Part shown: positions 27,226 through 39,324 of the stretch, one piece after another | How positions within the stretch are numbered: the first letter of the stretch is position 1 | How the letters are laid out: the number at the start of each line of letters is the position of its first letter | Source of the DNA: Balamuthia mandrillaris | Taxonomy: Eukaryota | Direction: 5' to 3' | DNA: 64,000 nucleotides | Assembly: GCA_031835245.2 (NCBI GenBank) | Contig: JAVKOQ020000016.1 | Span: forward strand, 62,001 to 126,000 | The notes under the pieces: model-generated | Seen by the model: the letters and a program-made list of their open reading frames with translations, nothing else | The model's database searches: none | Told to the model about the DNA's origin: nothing | Translations under genes and position numbers: made by a program

Positions 27226-27465
27226 GAGTATCGGGAGTACCGTAGAACGGAGGGAGAGAGGAGAGGGAGGCAGAGAGGACAAAAGTGCTAAACAAATAAA
27301 CAAACAGAAACAGGAGAAACAATCTGTCCGATTGAAAGTTTGGACGTGCACATCGTTCGTGTAGAACCAATGTTGGCCATCCAAGATGAGAACTACTTCA
27401 TCACTTGCCTTGAAAAATGTGAAGAAAATTTTGCTCTTCGCTCTCAGGAAAGAGAAACTTTGTGA
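25459..27465 (+). CDS. HAD-superfamily-like hypothetical protein; multi-exon
   Basis: LVLHFDVNKT (motif I-like, DxN), LVFRTFG (motif II-like), HIFFDDN (motif IV-like). Last exon ETGETICPIESLDVHIVRVEPMLAIQDENYFI ends at TGA 27463-27465. Confidence 0.7.
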
Positions 27466-27491
27466 AAACAGAAGCAAACGGTTTTTCACAT

Positions 27492-29753
27492 TCAAAAAGA
27501 CGAAGACGAAGCAGAAGAAGACGAAGAAGGGAATACAGTCGATCCATCAACAATGTTGTCTAATTGAAGCATGATGCCGAAGGATGGTGACCTCAAAGAG
27601 CCACTTGCTATCCTGGAACGCGCTGACAATGCTATGAGCAATGCAGGATCCCACCACCTATTTTTTGTGTGAGCATGTGATGAGTTTATAAATAAAGAAA
27701 CGATGTGAAGGAAAAGAAGAAAGAAGAAAGAAGAAAAATAACAAACACTTTGAATGCATAGAGTGCATGGGCGGTCTCCTTGTCGAGCTTCAACTTGAGC
27801 AAGTTGTTTTTGTTTAGCTGCCAGCTGAAGCCCATTCGCAGGTCCGTTCGTTCTCGTTTGCTATCTATCTCGAAACCAAACTCGATGTAATTTGTGATAT
27901 GCGTTACGTTGGCCGCTTCCAATGGATTCTTCAGGTTTTGCAGGGAAGTGGTAAAGAAATGATGTGAATAAAGTATAAAACGAAAAGGCAAAAGAAATAA
28001 AGAGAAGAAAGAAAGAAACGAACAAGAATGCGACGAGTGGTGGCCATTCGTTGAAAGTAACTGCTTTTGATGCCCATGTCGTTTGTGTGTGGATCAAAGG
28101 AGCAACTCAACATGACTTCGGAACCCAATCCACTGCCTGGAGTTGTTTCTGTTGTTTTAGGCTGGCATAGAACGATAAGAAAAATGCCGACTTCATTTAG
28201 AACAAGAGGGAAGAGGGTAGAAGGAAACGTACAAATGTTTTATAGCCCACAAATGCAGAAACTACATTGGAAGAGGAGAGCGCAGGCCGCGCCAAGCTCA
28301 AGCCAAGGCTCAGCTTCTGCTGTAGTCGCCAAACAAGCCATGCTCTTGCCGCTGCCACTCTGGATGGATCAAGAAGTTGTTGACTATCATTGTTGGCACC
28401 CAGTTGCAAGGTTAGCTCTCCACCGACATTGCAGTTTTGAAACTCGGTCGATGTTCCAAGCTTGGTTTGAGGACTGCTAGTGTGCGCATTTGCCTGTTAG
28501 AAATAGTTTAAAATGAGAATAAAGAAAATGAAACAAGGGACAAGAAGAAGCAAAGAGGAAGCAAAGAAGAAGAAGGAGAAGAATAAGAAGAACATGATGA
28601 AGAAGAACAAGAAGAAGAATAACAACAACAAGAACGAGGAACGAGGAACGAGGAACGAGGAACGAAGAACAAGCACAAGAACGAAGAATGGAGAATGGAG
28701 AATGGAGAACAAAGAAGAACAGAAGAAGAAGAAGAAGAACAGAAGAAGTAGAAGAAGAAGAACAAGAAGAACAAGAAGAACAAGAAGAAGAAGAAGAACA
28801 ACAACAACAAGACGAACGTTGCGAGAAGATTGAAGTAGGGCTTGGGTGGTGCGTCCTCTGCTGCCCTCCAAGTAGAAACTCCAACGACGGTTTTGCAGGG
28901 CCAACGAAACCAGGCCTCCATTCAGGGAAGACATCTCACTCTCCAAGCTCCAACCATTTCCATCGTAGTTGTTGCTGCTGTTTTTGTAGCTGAACCTTCC
29001 TGAACCACCCAAACCGTGTTCGTGAGGCACGTCGTACACTTCCGCAAAGCATTTCTAACGTTAATGAAAATGGTTGTCAGCAGAGAAGAGAGAAGAGAGA
29101 AGAGAGAAGAGAGAAGAGAGAAGAGAGAAGAGAGAAGAGAGAAGAGAGAAGAGAGAAGAGAGAAGAGAGAGAGAGAAGAAAGAGAGAAGAGAGAAAGAGA
29201 GAGAGAAGAGAGAGAGAGAGAGAGAAGAGAGAAGAGAGAAGAGAGAAAGAGAGAAGAGAGAAGAGAGAAGAGAGAACGAAAGAATGAGAGAACGAACGAG
29301 AGAACAAGAGAACGGGAGAAGCAGAGAAGAGAGAAGAGAGAAGAGAACGAAAGAACGAGAGAAGAGAGAATGAGAGAAGCAGAGAACAAGAGAAAAGAGA
29401 AGACGCACGAACTCAGGTTCGGGAGTAGCAAAGAGCTGCAATTTGAGTCCTTGTTCATTGGTGAAGAGCTCCTCCAACATGAACTTGAGGTCCTCTCCAG
29501 CCCTATCCGGTGCAGCTGTGTACAGCCTTTTTGTTTTTTTTCGTTTGTTCATTTGTTGGTTAAGCAGAGAAGCAAAAGCACGTGATGAGATGAATCTCTC
29601 TTGGCAGAAGAAGAGACAAAGCGGTTAAGAGGCGCACTACCTAGGAAATCGCCTGGCAAACAACGGCGGAGTCAACTTGAACTGTGGTTGCCTGACCTGC
29701 GGCGGCGCTCTTACGCTCCCGCCCTCGCTCTCGCTGCTCCAATCTGCTCCCAT
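27492..29753 (-). CDS. OM47-like putative mitochondrial outer-membrane beta-barrel protein; multi-exon
   Basis: Spliced segments MGADWSS...FKLTPPLF and SYFQRMATTRR/LKNPLEAANVTHITNYIEFGFEI...FSWQLNKNNLLKLKL...YAFK/RWWDP match recalled plant OM47 motifs (LVPPLF; NPFEE..V.GITNYIDFGFE; SWQANKNFLLK; AFKSWW.P). Confidence 0.72.
29082..29400. repeat. (AGAGA/AGAGAGA)n purine microsatellite in an intron
   Basis: Tandem GAGAA-type array; it is pyrimidine-rich on the sense (minus) strand of the host gene. Confidence 0.92.
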
Positions 29754-30017
29754 CTTTGTTGTGTGCTATTTTGTATTTTCGAAGCAAATCGTGTCGACAT
29801 GAAACACCACATGCGGTTCGACGCCTGCCAATGACAATTTTCTTTTTGCCTTTTTATGCCGACAATTATTGAATAATCGGGGCTGAACTATCGTAAGGAC
29901 GCGATACCCGATGATAAATTGCATTTTTGAATTTTTTCTTGGAAATATTTAACATTATAGTTTTTAAAATACAATTTAAAGAATTGGTAACAAAAAAGAA
30001 CTTATCAACAAGTAACA

Positions 30018-30992
30018 ATGATGGTGCCCATCCACTGCAAGCTGGACCGACAGACGGTTCCTGTCTACTCCGGCTTCCTGCGGCGCTGTGCCTTCTTTCG
30101 CAACCTGATGGACGACCTTCAACCACAACAAGGAGACCAACAACACCTCTCTCTTCCTTTCCGCTCCCTGGACTTTCAATGTTTTGCCTCTTGGATAGAA
30201 AACGAACGCCTTCCTTCTCCTTCTTCTTCCTCCATAGAGTCCCTCCAAGCCGTCCTTCACATCGCCGACTTTGTCGACTATGACACATTCCTCCTGCATT
30301 CCTCCAAATCCGAGCAAGTCCTCTCCGTTCTTCAACAGCTTGTCCTTCCCGTTCTTAATCACTTTCGAAGCAGAGGAGAAAACAAAGAAGAAGGCAAGTC
30401 GCTGGTGGAGGAGAAGATCCGGGAAAGTATGATGATGGGCGAGGAATCGCGACCCTTCGAACAGGTCATTCTTCGCAGCTTCTGTCAGTTCCTTCGTCAC
30501 GCTAGCCAACAAGGCTTGGATTGGTCCTCTCCGCTCTACCTTCTTCGTCACTTGGAGGAATATCACGACTATGTTGCTCTCTCAAACGAGGTGGAAGCAG
30601 AAGAAGAGGAAGCAAAGGCATGGCCCGTCCCTCAAGGTTGGATGCTACCAATAACAAGAAGAGGAACCAAGCAGGCTTCCTCATGGAGTGACGTGGAGAG
30701 GCTCGTTCGTTGGGCTTTGTTGGAAGTGGTCGGCAAGAAAGGTCCCATCTTCCTCGAAACAGGAATCTATGAGCATGGAGACGAAAGCGGAGAGACGAGA
30801 GAGTTTGTGGAAGCGCAGAGAGATGTCATTGTATTTGGAGGAAGAGGAATGACGCTGCCTATTGATGAGCACGAAGTGGTGGAGGGGTTGAGGAAGGTCA
30901 CGTTATCGCCGATACGTCCCGGAAGAACGTACGTGTACGAGGGGCTCAGACGGGTGGCTGATGATCGATGGCAGTTGCTGTGGGGTTCCTAG
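30018..30992 (+). CDS. Intronless hypothetical protein with BTB/SKP1-like N-terminus and unassigned C-terminal domain
   Basis: 324-aa complex ORF. VPVYSGFLRRCAFFRNLMDD...LSLPF...FQCFASWI...VLHIADFV resembles a BTB/POZ pattern. Confidence 0.6.
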   Translation: MMVPIHCKLDRQTVPVYSGFLRRCAFFRNLMDDLQPQQGDQQHLSLPFRSLDFQCFASWIENERLPSPSSSSIESLQAVLHIADFVDYDTFLLHSSKSEQVLSVLQQLVLPVLNHFRSRGENKEEGKSLVEEKIRESMMMGEESRPFEQVILRSFCQFLRHASQQGLDWSSPLYLLRHLEEYHDYVALSNEVEAEEEEAKAWPVPQGWMLPITRRGTKQASSWSDVERLVRWALLEVVGKKGPIFLETGIYEHGDESGETREFVEAQRDVIVFGGRGMTLPIDEHEVVEGLRKVTLSPIRPGRTYVYEGLRRVADDRWQLLWGS

Positions 30993-31050
30993 AAAGAAAC
31001 AATAAGCAAATAATTCTTCAGTTGATATTGTCTTTTGTTCTTCTCCTTTC

Positions 31051-34000
31051 TCATCCACGAAGAGTTCGGTTCGCATAGTTTGTCTTCGGCAACCGAAACC
31101 TTACATGAATGGAGTTTTGTTCGATTTGGTGTCGACTGTATGCATCCACTTGCATGTGGAACTCACTGTTAAAGTCTGGCACACGCAGCGAGAGCAAGTC
31201 CCGCAGAGAGTATCGCATAAAGCAAAGAGGTGTTGTGTAACTTTCCGACTTGAGTTCTATGATTACCACATCGCTTTCTCTTGGATCCAAACTACATGCA
31301 ATAAACATAAAGAAAGTCAAACAGGGAATGAAGAAAAGAAGAAAAACTACTGAAAAGCGTACAAGTTGAATGAAACGTTCCACTCGGGATTGAGTTCATC
31401 ATTTCCTTCATATAATGGGGTTTTCTGAAGTTTGGACTTTTGCTTTGTAATTGTGTTTCGCAGTTGAACAGTCACGAACGTCCTTCCTGGGCTATTTACG
31501 CATATGAAGATTGCTTAAGCAGCAAAGAAAAAGAAAATGAAGAAGAAGAACAGAAAAAAAAAACAAGAAAAACAACGTACGTCCAAGGACAATGGGAGAA
31601 AATGGTTGCAGAATATACTAAGAGAGAGAGAGAACCGTTAGGTCTTTCAAAAGAACGAAAAGAGGGTGATGATAACGAACCTGTGACTTCAAGATTGTTC
31701 AGTGAGAGTTCCTTCGCACGCGGTTTGCGATGAGACCCATACTTGCTCGCATCAAAGCCTCCCTCTTTGCTCTCCTCTGCCCACGTGATATCCGTTATCT
31801 TTCCAACGCCAGAAACGTTCATTCCATTTTTCACGAGGAAGCGGCCGAGAGCAGGACAAGTGGCAAACTTCTCCAAGCAAAGCGCTCTGTCCACAGGTGT
31901 GAAGGTGGCGGTGACGAGATCACCGCCATAGGCCAGCCGCGGGCGATCTTCAGACTGAGGTCTGCTTGTGTTGATGCGGGAACCTACGTGCACTGCTTTT
32001 CGGTAAGATATCTCAGAACATTGGCAACTGAATGTTCATGTGTTAGAATTTAGAGATGGAAGAGAAAGAGCAGGAGAAAGGAGAAAGAGAACACAGTGAA
32101 CTCAAGAAAGACAAATACTCATACCTTACAACAGCAGTTCCAACAAAAAAGGTCAGCTTGATTCCAGCAGAGAGCGGCCCTGATTCAAGGTATAACTGCG
32201 CCTCGAAGGAAGCCACTGGCCTCGGCATCACTTCGACTTCTTCCTTGTCTTTGCTTTCTTCTTTTTGCTTGTTCTTGTTCCTCCTATTGTTCCTATTGTT
32301 ATTGTCGCCAGTGCTTTCATTCAGCCCTAACACTCCACCCACCAAAGAGTGTAAATCTCGTGACCAACTTTCGTCCTCGACCTTCAGAGCTGCAGTGAAG
32401 AGATCGTTCGGTCGTATGAGGTCACGAGGAGCGACGTGTTGAGCGGGAGTGGCTGTGGCCGTGGCCAGAGAAAGCACAGTTACTTTCAGTCCCCATGGAG
32501 AGATTGTCAACCGTTGGCCGGTGGTTAACTGGCCTTGAAGGCAGTGACCGTAAATGGTGGCTCGTCGCTCGCCTTCGTGCCGTTGTTGTAGCTTCCATGA
32601 ACGCTTTGGTGATTTTCGAAGCAAAGGAAGGTGTGAGAAAGAAGAGACAAGAGAAGAAGAAATAAAAAAGAAACGGAGAGAAGAAGGGCAGAACGAGAGG
32701 ATGCAAAGCCAAAGAGAAGTAATGAGAGAGGAGAGAGGTTAAGGATACCAGAATAGTAGCTCGAAGCGGTCTTTGTGGTAACTTCATCACTGCTGGGATT
32801 GCAGAAACAGGCAACTGGATATTCGCGATAGCTTCCATCAAGGTAGGCCCTCTATACCAAGCATCCATTCTCTCATCTCTCTCCCACACGTTGCTAAGCA
32901 TCTCTTCCCCTTCCTCCTTCTTCTTGGTGTTCTTTCCATTGTGTTTGGAGGAACAGACAGGAACAAGAATGACTCTCTCCGCCACTTCCGCCGCAGAGAA
33001 CATTCCTGTCATTGTCGAGAAGTACTTCCTCATGTCTGTGCTCGTCCTCTCAAAACGACTCCCTCCTTCATCACAGCAATCGGTAAAGAGGACCGCCAAC
33101 ACCACCACTTTCACTTTATGCAGGCGAGCTAAGCGAGTGCATTCACGAATGTCGCTCCTTGGGCGATGCAAAGAGGAAACGGTGGTTGGAGCCACAGGGG
33201 TCATGAACAAAGCGGCATTTGTGGTGGTCATCCCACGGAAGCATTGCCGAAAGGAGCGAGAAGGAGGGGGTGACCAGAGGAAGGACGCTCCGTAGCGTGG
33301 AGAGGAAGAAGAGCTGCAGGCAAAGGGAAGAAGTTGGTACGCTTGGTTTGGCAACTTGGAGAAGTGATCACGGAATGACCTGGTTGTTGTGTTCATATTT
33401 TAGCGAGGTAAATAGCTTCTCTCTCTCGCTCTCTCTCTCTCTCTCTCGCTCTCTCGCTCTCTCTCCCGAGCTCTAACTATTTCCCTCTTCCATTTCCTCG
33501 ATTCTCTTCTTTTCTTACATACTTGTGCCTAGCTTCGTTGTCGGTGCACTCAAGGCCAGCCAGAATGGTAGCCATCACTTCTCCACCCACGTAAAATCGC
33601 AACACTCGCGTTCGATGGGAGATGTACCATTGCTATTGGGAAATATTTTCAGTGCCACGAGAAGAGGAGAGAGGAGAGATTGAAGAGGAGAGAGGAGAGA
33701 GCAGAGAGCAGAGAGCAGAGAGCAGAGAGCAGAGAGCAGAGAGGCAGAGAGCAGAGAGCAGAGAGCAGAGAGCAGAGAGCAGAGAGCAGAGAGCAGAGAG
33801 CAGAGAGCAGAGAGCAGAGAGCAGAGAGCAGAGAGGAGCGAGCAGCGGAGAGCAGCGGAGAAAGAGTAAAGAGATAATACCTTCCAGGACACATCGGGAG
33901 GAGGTGATGCATGCACGCCCATTTCACGCTGACACAGGGGCTTCCACAAGCACAGCTCATCCTGCGCCAATTGGTACCATTCCCGACAGACCAAACCGGC

Positions 34001-34190
34001 CGTGCGGGCCACCTCCACCCCTCCTACCCACGAAAATACGTGCAACCACACCTTTTAACGCAAAGTATTTAACGCAAGCATTAATTTTTTAAAAAACATT
34101 TGAAACATAACGCCAACAAACCTCCGCCGGCAGCAACGAACCCAAACTGGCAGAGAGAGCAGAGGCAGAGGCAGAGTCATTCTTGTCCAT
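31051..34190 (-). CDS. F-box protein fused to a degenerate eEF1A/EF-Tu-like three-domain module and a C2-like domain; multi-exon
   Basis: Spliced start MDKNDSAS...LLPAE/VWLHVFSW...VCREW...DELCLWK (F-box). eEF1A-like segments WYRGPTLMEAI, RPLR, ASFEAQL...SAG, LCLEKFATCPALGRFLV...GVGKI. Terminal exons KTPLYEGNDELNPEWNVSF...YSLRDLL are C2-like. Confidence 0.78.
33690..33860. repeat. (AGAGAGC)n heptamer minisatellite in an intron
   Basis: Tandem 7-mer array between F-box gene exons. Confidence 0.92.
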
Positions 34191-34556
34191 TTTCTTCTTC
34201 TTTTTCTGCTGGTGTTTACGCCGGTATGACCGGAATGTCAAAAATTTTACACGTCATACAATTTCCAATTAGGAATACCATGACATCACAACTGTCGACA
34301 AATATTTTAAGATTGCTCAGATTTGAAATCATGACGTCCTGAAGTCGACAAATTTTGGAGATAAGTGAAACAAAAGTGGAAAAGAGATGAGCCAAGAAGA
34401 AAGATAAACAGGTTTGTCTTTGGATTTGTGCGTGGTGTTTTTGTTTTTGTTTTGTTATCTTTTTTTTGTTTTGGGGTTCGAGTTTTCTGATGATAAGGCA
34501 CACATTAGTTGTGTTGAATGCTATTTATTTATTTAAATTCAGATCATTAGCGCCCG

Positions 34557-35904
34557 ATGAACCCAGAACCCAATCGGCACCTCTTTGGCAATAACAACTA
34601 CAGCTGTCCCAACGTTACCCCGTACACCGCGCCTGGCCGAGGCAGTCAGCAGCAAGGCCAAGAAGAGTCTACCCACGGAGTCTCTCAAACAACGGTACTT
34701 GTTTTGTTTTCTCTCTCCTACGCAACATTCCATTTATAAAGACTTTTGTTTTTTTAAAAAAAAGGATTCCCCGTTTGCTCTGCCTGCTGCTTCATCTTCT
34801 TCCACTCCCGGTATGACGACCCACAGCAACCACAACAACAACATCCATCCGGGCATGCTGAGCCATGACCCGTCTTTCATGAATGCCAGCCCCGCCGCCA
34901 GTAGTAGTACCCTGGCCTCCTCCAACATGTCGGCCGCCAGTGCCGTTGTTTCCACACCCCCTCCGCCAGCCATGACCGCAGCCATGATTCCCATGACGCC
35001 TATGACTCCCATGACACCCTTGGGAGTGGGCATGGGAGTGCCAGGCCTTGGTTTTCCAGGAGGAGGAGGAGGAGGGGTACAAGGAGGAACAACCACAGCA
35101 ACAACGGGGTTAGTGCAAGGAGGGATAGGGCCAATGGGATTACCAGGAGGCGTGCAAAACGTGGGGACAAGCGGAGGTGGTAGTAGTAGCCTTGGCACTT
35201 CAGCTTCGCCGGGCATGGCTGCTGGCGGTTATCCGCTCTCTCCCTTTTGGCCTTCGGTCATGTTTTCGCCTTCGACCTCTGTTGGAGGAGGGGGAGGAGG
35301 AACAGGAGTGGCGGCAACAACACCAGCAATCTCAACAGCGGGAGGTGTCGGGCAGGGACAAGGAGATGGACCAGGACTATCATCATCACAAGGGACAACG
35401 GGCCTACCAGCCGGAGGAGGAACACAAGCGGGAGCAGGGCTTCAAGGAACAGGAAGCTCTTCAGAAAATCTGGCTGCGTTTCTAGGAGGAGGCGGAGGAG
35501 GAATGTCGGGAACAGGAGGAGTATCAGGAGCGGGCGTATCGGGATTCATGATGACGCCACAAGGGATTGTTGCCTCTTCCATGATTCCTACTTCTTCAAG
35601 CTCCCGCCTTCCTCCTGCTGCCGTTACCTCTCCTTCTGGTGCTGGCACGTATCCAATGACACCCTCCTATGTAGTTCCGTGGCCTATGCATTCTGGCTTA
35701 GGCATGGGGCTCAACATGAATGGCCTATCCACTGTGAACTGGTCCATGGGCATGCCGATGAGCGTGCCAATGGGAATGCCCATGATGACGATGCCAATGG
35801 CGATGAACATGTCTGCCATGAACATGGGGATGGGCATGCCTATGCAGATGGGTATGGGCTTTCCTTACGGCAGTTCTTTTGGTGTCATGCCTTCATCTTA
35901 CAGG

Positions 35905-35956
<52 letters not shown>

Positions 35957-37413
35957 GTCTAAGCTTTTGGATCATTTTGTTTCAGTCCATATGGATCAGG
36001 AATGATGATGAATATGAACCCTTACAGCGCACAACTTCCTCCTGCATCTGCTGATTATTCCGTCACTCCTTCATCTCCTTCATCTTCACCTTCTCCATCG
36101 TCTTCGACCTCTACTACTTCCTCCTCTTCCTCCTCCTCACGAAGCCACAGTGCCGAACAGAACACCGCAGTGAGAAAGCGTACTAACGATACGTTGTTTA
36201 CAGCACACCCAACACAATCGTTCTCCGCAGTGGCGGCAGAAGATGGTTATGAAGACCCTCGGAAGAAGAAACCGCGAATAATGTCAACACCGCGCCCAAA
36301 CCGACATTCAAAATCCAAGGTAAGTTCTCTCTCCCCTCTTTCATCAATTTTTTTTTTGACTCAAACTTTCCCTGTTGTTTAAGTTGGGCAAAGGGGTGTT
36401 GCGGTGCGCTGGTTGGAGTGCAAAAACACATGTGCGTTGTCGCAACGCAGCATTGATGGAATACCTGGGAACGCAACCACGCTACTGCGCTCAACACATC
36501 GACCTTGATCCCGATGGACTGTATAGCAAATGTAAATACTCTTATTCCAAAAAGGTACCTTACCAATTGGTTCTCTCTCTTTTTTCCTCTTTTTTTGTCT
36601 TTGTTGCTTACGTTCTTTTCGTTGGAAAAGTATAAATGCAAAGAGGTGGTACTGAAAGAATTTGGCGGGTTGTGTTACCGGCATTACAGTGAAGCACTGG
36701 TGCATATGGTCGGACGGGACGGCTTTTTGGAAGCCAGAGCAAAGCTCAAGTCTCTCACTGCCATTAGTATGATCTCTTTCGCTCCTCCTTCTCCCTTCTT
36801 GTTTTTTTTTTTCCTCTCTCTCTCACACACATTCTTTTTTGCATGATAGTAAAAGAATTGCAACTAGCAGCGAATGAATGCAAGTTAGAGGATCCTGTTG
36901 TGTTTCAGCGTAAAAACAAGCTCATCATAAAGTTTCAGACCATGCGTGATCTTCTCAAGAATCACATTTTGTATTTAAAACGGTATCACTTTTTTCTTTC
37001 GTTTTCCACTGTCTCAAACTCTCACTTCTCTTATTTTTCAAACATAAAGGGAATTGTCCAAAGAGCTTGGAACAAGTCCAATGCTCATCTTCTCCTCTGA
37101 CGGATTCAGCAGCGGTGAGCCCTCTCCTCTAACCACCGCACTGACTCCAACCGCAACAACGACTGCCTCCGCACTAAGCCCTCCTCCTCTTCTTCCTCCT
37201 TATTCACCTTCTCCTGCTCCTGCTTCTTCCTCTTCTTGTTTAATGGATCACCAAGCATCTACTGCATCTACTTCTGCTTCGACTTCTTCTTTGGTAGGAG
37301 CGGAAGAAGCAGAGACAGAAGAAGAAGATGGGACAGAACTGCAGATAGAAGCAGAAGAAGAGGAAGAGGAAGAAGAAGAAACGGGTGTAAACACAGAAGC
37401 AGATAACGGATAA
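34557..37413 (+). CDS. Low-complexity (Gly/Met/Pro/Ser-rich) protein with tandem C3H-type Cys/His motifs; putative transcriptional regulator; multi-exon
   Basis: In-phase GT-AG joins from MNPEPN (34557). Basic NLS-like PRKKKPR. Motifs CAGWSAKTHVRC...YCAQH and CKYSYSKK/YKC...LCYRH. Acidic tail ending at 37413. Confidence 0.65.
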
Positions 37414-37431
37414 ATAAGATTGTTATTAGAA

Positions 37432-38997
<1,566 letters not shown>

Positions 38998-39100
38998 GAT
39001 GATGTCCCCTTCTTCTCCGCTCCTTGCTTGTGTGTGTCTTCTCTCTCTTTATTTTTTTTCTTTTGGCCGCAGAAAGAAAAAAAATGGAATGATCGATCGA

Positions 39101-39237
39101 AATCGAGGTGACGTCATCAAATTCTCACACGATCTTATTGTGCTTGGAGCGGGCGTCGAACTCGCGGTCAGGCCCGAATCGAGGTGACGTCATCAAGCTG
39201 ATATTGTGCTTGGAGTGGGCGTCGAACTCGCGGCCCT
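39101..39237 (+). repeat. Imperfect tandem duplication (76-bp period) carrying TGACGTCA
   Basis: AATCGAGGTGACGTCATCAA at 39101 and 39177, each followed by TATTGTGCTTGGAG(C/T)GGGCGTCGAACTCGCGG. Confidence 0.9.
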
Positions 39238-39324
39238 ACCAAAGACATGTTTGGCAACTTCCGGCCTTTTCACCACTTTTCTTTCATTTTTCTGCTTCTT
39301 TTTCTTTTTCCCCCTCGTTTTCAG

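Noticed and set aside
28922..29585. ERREK- and SLLS-repeat ORFs
   Set aside because: They come from the microsatellite intron of the OM47-like gene.
31496..33396. A functional eEF1A, HBS1 or eRF3 gene
   Set aside because: The G1, G3 and G4 GTPase motifs are absent and the sequence is highly diverged; it is reported instead as a pseudo-GTPase fusion.
39101..39237. Possible CRISPR-like repeat-spacer array
   Set aside because: There are only two copies, the intervening sequence is itself duplicated, no cas genes are present and the context is eukaryotic.
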